Source: Sulfuricaulis sp. (lineage in GTDB: Bacteria > Pseudomonadota > Gammaproteobacteria > Acidiferrobacterales > Sulfurifustaceae). Taken from it: a stretch of 64,000 nt of DNA. Position numbers and translations under genes: made by a program. Shown here piece by piece: positions 62,754-64,000 of the stretch; the first letter of the stretch is position 1; each line of letters begins with the position of its first letter. Below the pieces are notes generated by a model. The model saw nothing but the letters and a program-made list of their open reading frames with translations, searched no databases and was not told the origin of the DNA. The DNA lies in contig NZ_JBGQKW010000002.1 in NCBI RefSeq assembly GCF_041499725.1, forward strand, positions 37,643 through 101,642, read 5' to 3'.

Positions 62754-64000
62754 GCTGGCCTCCGTGATCTGTACAAATCGCGGAAAGTCCGGCCCGCCGG
62801 CGCGGGCATGTCACGCCCGTTCGTCCAGCCGGTCACGCCTGGAAGATAACGATACCGTTTCGCGCTGCCTGAAAACACCCGTAACAAACGTGCGACCAGC
62901 CGGGTGCCCAGGGCATAAACCGCCGGGCGTTGCGCCATCCACGACCACAATCGGAGCGCAGCGCGCTCCTGCCATGGTCGCAGCCGCTGTTCCACTTGCC
63001 GGGTGCGCAGGTGTCGCAGCAGGTCGGGGAGCGGAATTTTTACCGGACACACCACCGCGCATTCGCCGCAGAACGTCGAGGCATTCGGCAGATCGAGCGC
63101 GTTCTCGAGGCCCACGAAGGATGGTGTCAGCACCGAGCCCATCGGGCCCGGATACACCCAGCCGTAGGCATGGCCACCGATGTTCTGATACACCGGGCAG
63201 TGGTTCATGCACGCGCCACAGCGGATACAGCGCAGCATCGGTTGCAGTTCGGTGCCGAGCAATTTACTGCGGCCGTTATCGAGCAAAATAATATGAAAGT
63301 GCTCCGGCCCGTCCGATTCACCCTTTTCCTTGGTGCCAGTCAGGACCGAGACGTAATTCGTGATGGACTGGCCGGTGGCGGAACGCGGCAACAGCCGCAA
63401 CAGCGTGGCCACGTCCTCGAGCGTCGGCACCACCTTCTCGATGCCGGTGATGGCCACGTGCACGCGCGGGAGCGTGGTGGCAAGCCGGCCGTTGCCCTCG
63501 TTGGTGACGATCAGGACCGAGCCAGTCTCGGCGATAATAAAATTCGCGCCGGAAATCCCGAGATCGGCAGACAGGAATCCCGGACGCAACACCTCGCGCG
63601 CCTCGCGGCACAGCTCGGCGATCTGCGTGGTGCGTGGGCGGTGGTGCATTTCCTCGAACAGATCGGCAATCTCTTCCTTGCTCTTGTGCACCACCGGCGC
63701 CACGATGTGCGACGGCGGTTCGTGAGCCAGTTGCAGAATGTATTCGCCGAGATCGGTCTCAAGCACGTCCAGACCCTGGCTTTCGAGTGCATCGTTGAGA
63801 CCGCACTCCTCCGAAACCATGGACTTCGATTTCACAATTCTGTTCAGGCCATGCTGGTGTGCGATCTCAGTCACGATGCGGTTCACCTCGTCGCCGGTCT
63901 CGGCCCAATGCACCACCGCTCCGCGCGCGGTCGCTTCCTGCTCGAAGCGCAGCAGGTAACGGTCGAGGTTGCAGATGACCTTGTCGCGGATGTCCGTGGC
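62750..64000 (-). CDS. lutB: Lactate utilisation protein B (LutB/YkgF), 5' end beyond the window
   Basis: KSKSM, ETDLGE, NEGNG, CIRCGACMNHCP and CGECAVVCP Fe-S motifs; frame open to the edge. Confidence 0.92.
   Translation of the reverse strand, partial: ATDIRDKVICNLDRYLLRFEQEATARGAVVHWAETGDEVNRIVTEIAHQHGLNRIVKSKSMVSEECGLNDALESQGLDVLETDLGEYILQLAHEPPSHIVAPVVHKSKEEIADLFEEMHHRPRTTQIAELCREAREVLRPGFLSADLGISGANFIIAETGSVLIVTNEGNGRLATTLPRVHVAITGIEKVVPTLEDVATLLRLLPRSATGQSITNYVSVLTGTKEKGESDGPEHFHIILLDNGRSKLLGTELQPMLRCIRCGACMNHCPVYQNIGGHAYGWVYPGPMGSVLTPSFVGLENALDLPNASTFCGECAVVCPVKIPLPDLLRHLRTRQVEQRLRPWQERAALRLWSWMAQRPAVYALGTRLVARLLRVFSGSAKRYRYLPGVTGWTNGRDMPAPAGRTFRDLYRSRRPA

Overview
64 kb of a GC-rich (roughly 60%) proteobacterial chromosome. 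Gene content and order resemble sulfur/iron-oxidising Gammaproteobacteria such as Acidiferrobacterales (inference only). The left third is accessory: a displaced tRNA-Ala 3' fragment (att-like), tRNA-Arg(CCT), and a cytochrome c maturation system split into two convergent halves (ccmABCDE-ccmG on +; ccmF-ccmH-ccmI-lytic transglycosylase on -). The halves bracket a PCC3-type porin-multiheme cluster: a membrane-anchored Fe-S/flavin NAD(P) oxidoreductase, a His-rich inner-membrane protein, a 24-heme cytochrome, a 15 CxxCH + 2 CX4CH cytochrome, a small secreted protein and a SPOR-TPR-beta-barrel porin. Next is a signal-peptide-bearing Rhs toxin with a Cys-rich phospholipase-A2-like tip and a putative membrane immunity gene, between RDD and lptG. 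The rest is mostly housekeeping (lptFG, pepA, holC, valS, FKBP, prfC, csp, cnoX, rimI, udg, leuA, pssA/psd, ilvBHC, cysS, gltX, ppiB, lpxH, glycerate kinase, mmsA, lutBC). It also carries a PopZ-like disordered protein before valS, palindromic repeats inserted in frame in valS and cysS, amino-acid attenuators and an unexplained 163-nt highly base-paired element. All calls are from motif reading; no searches were run.
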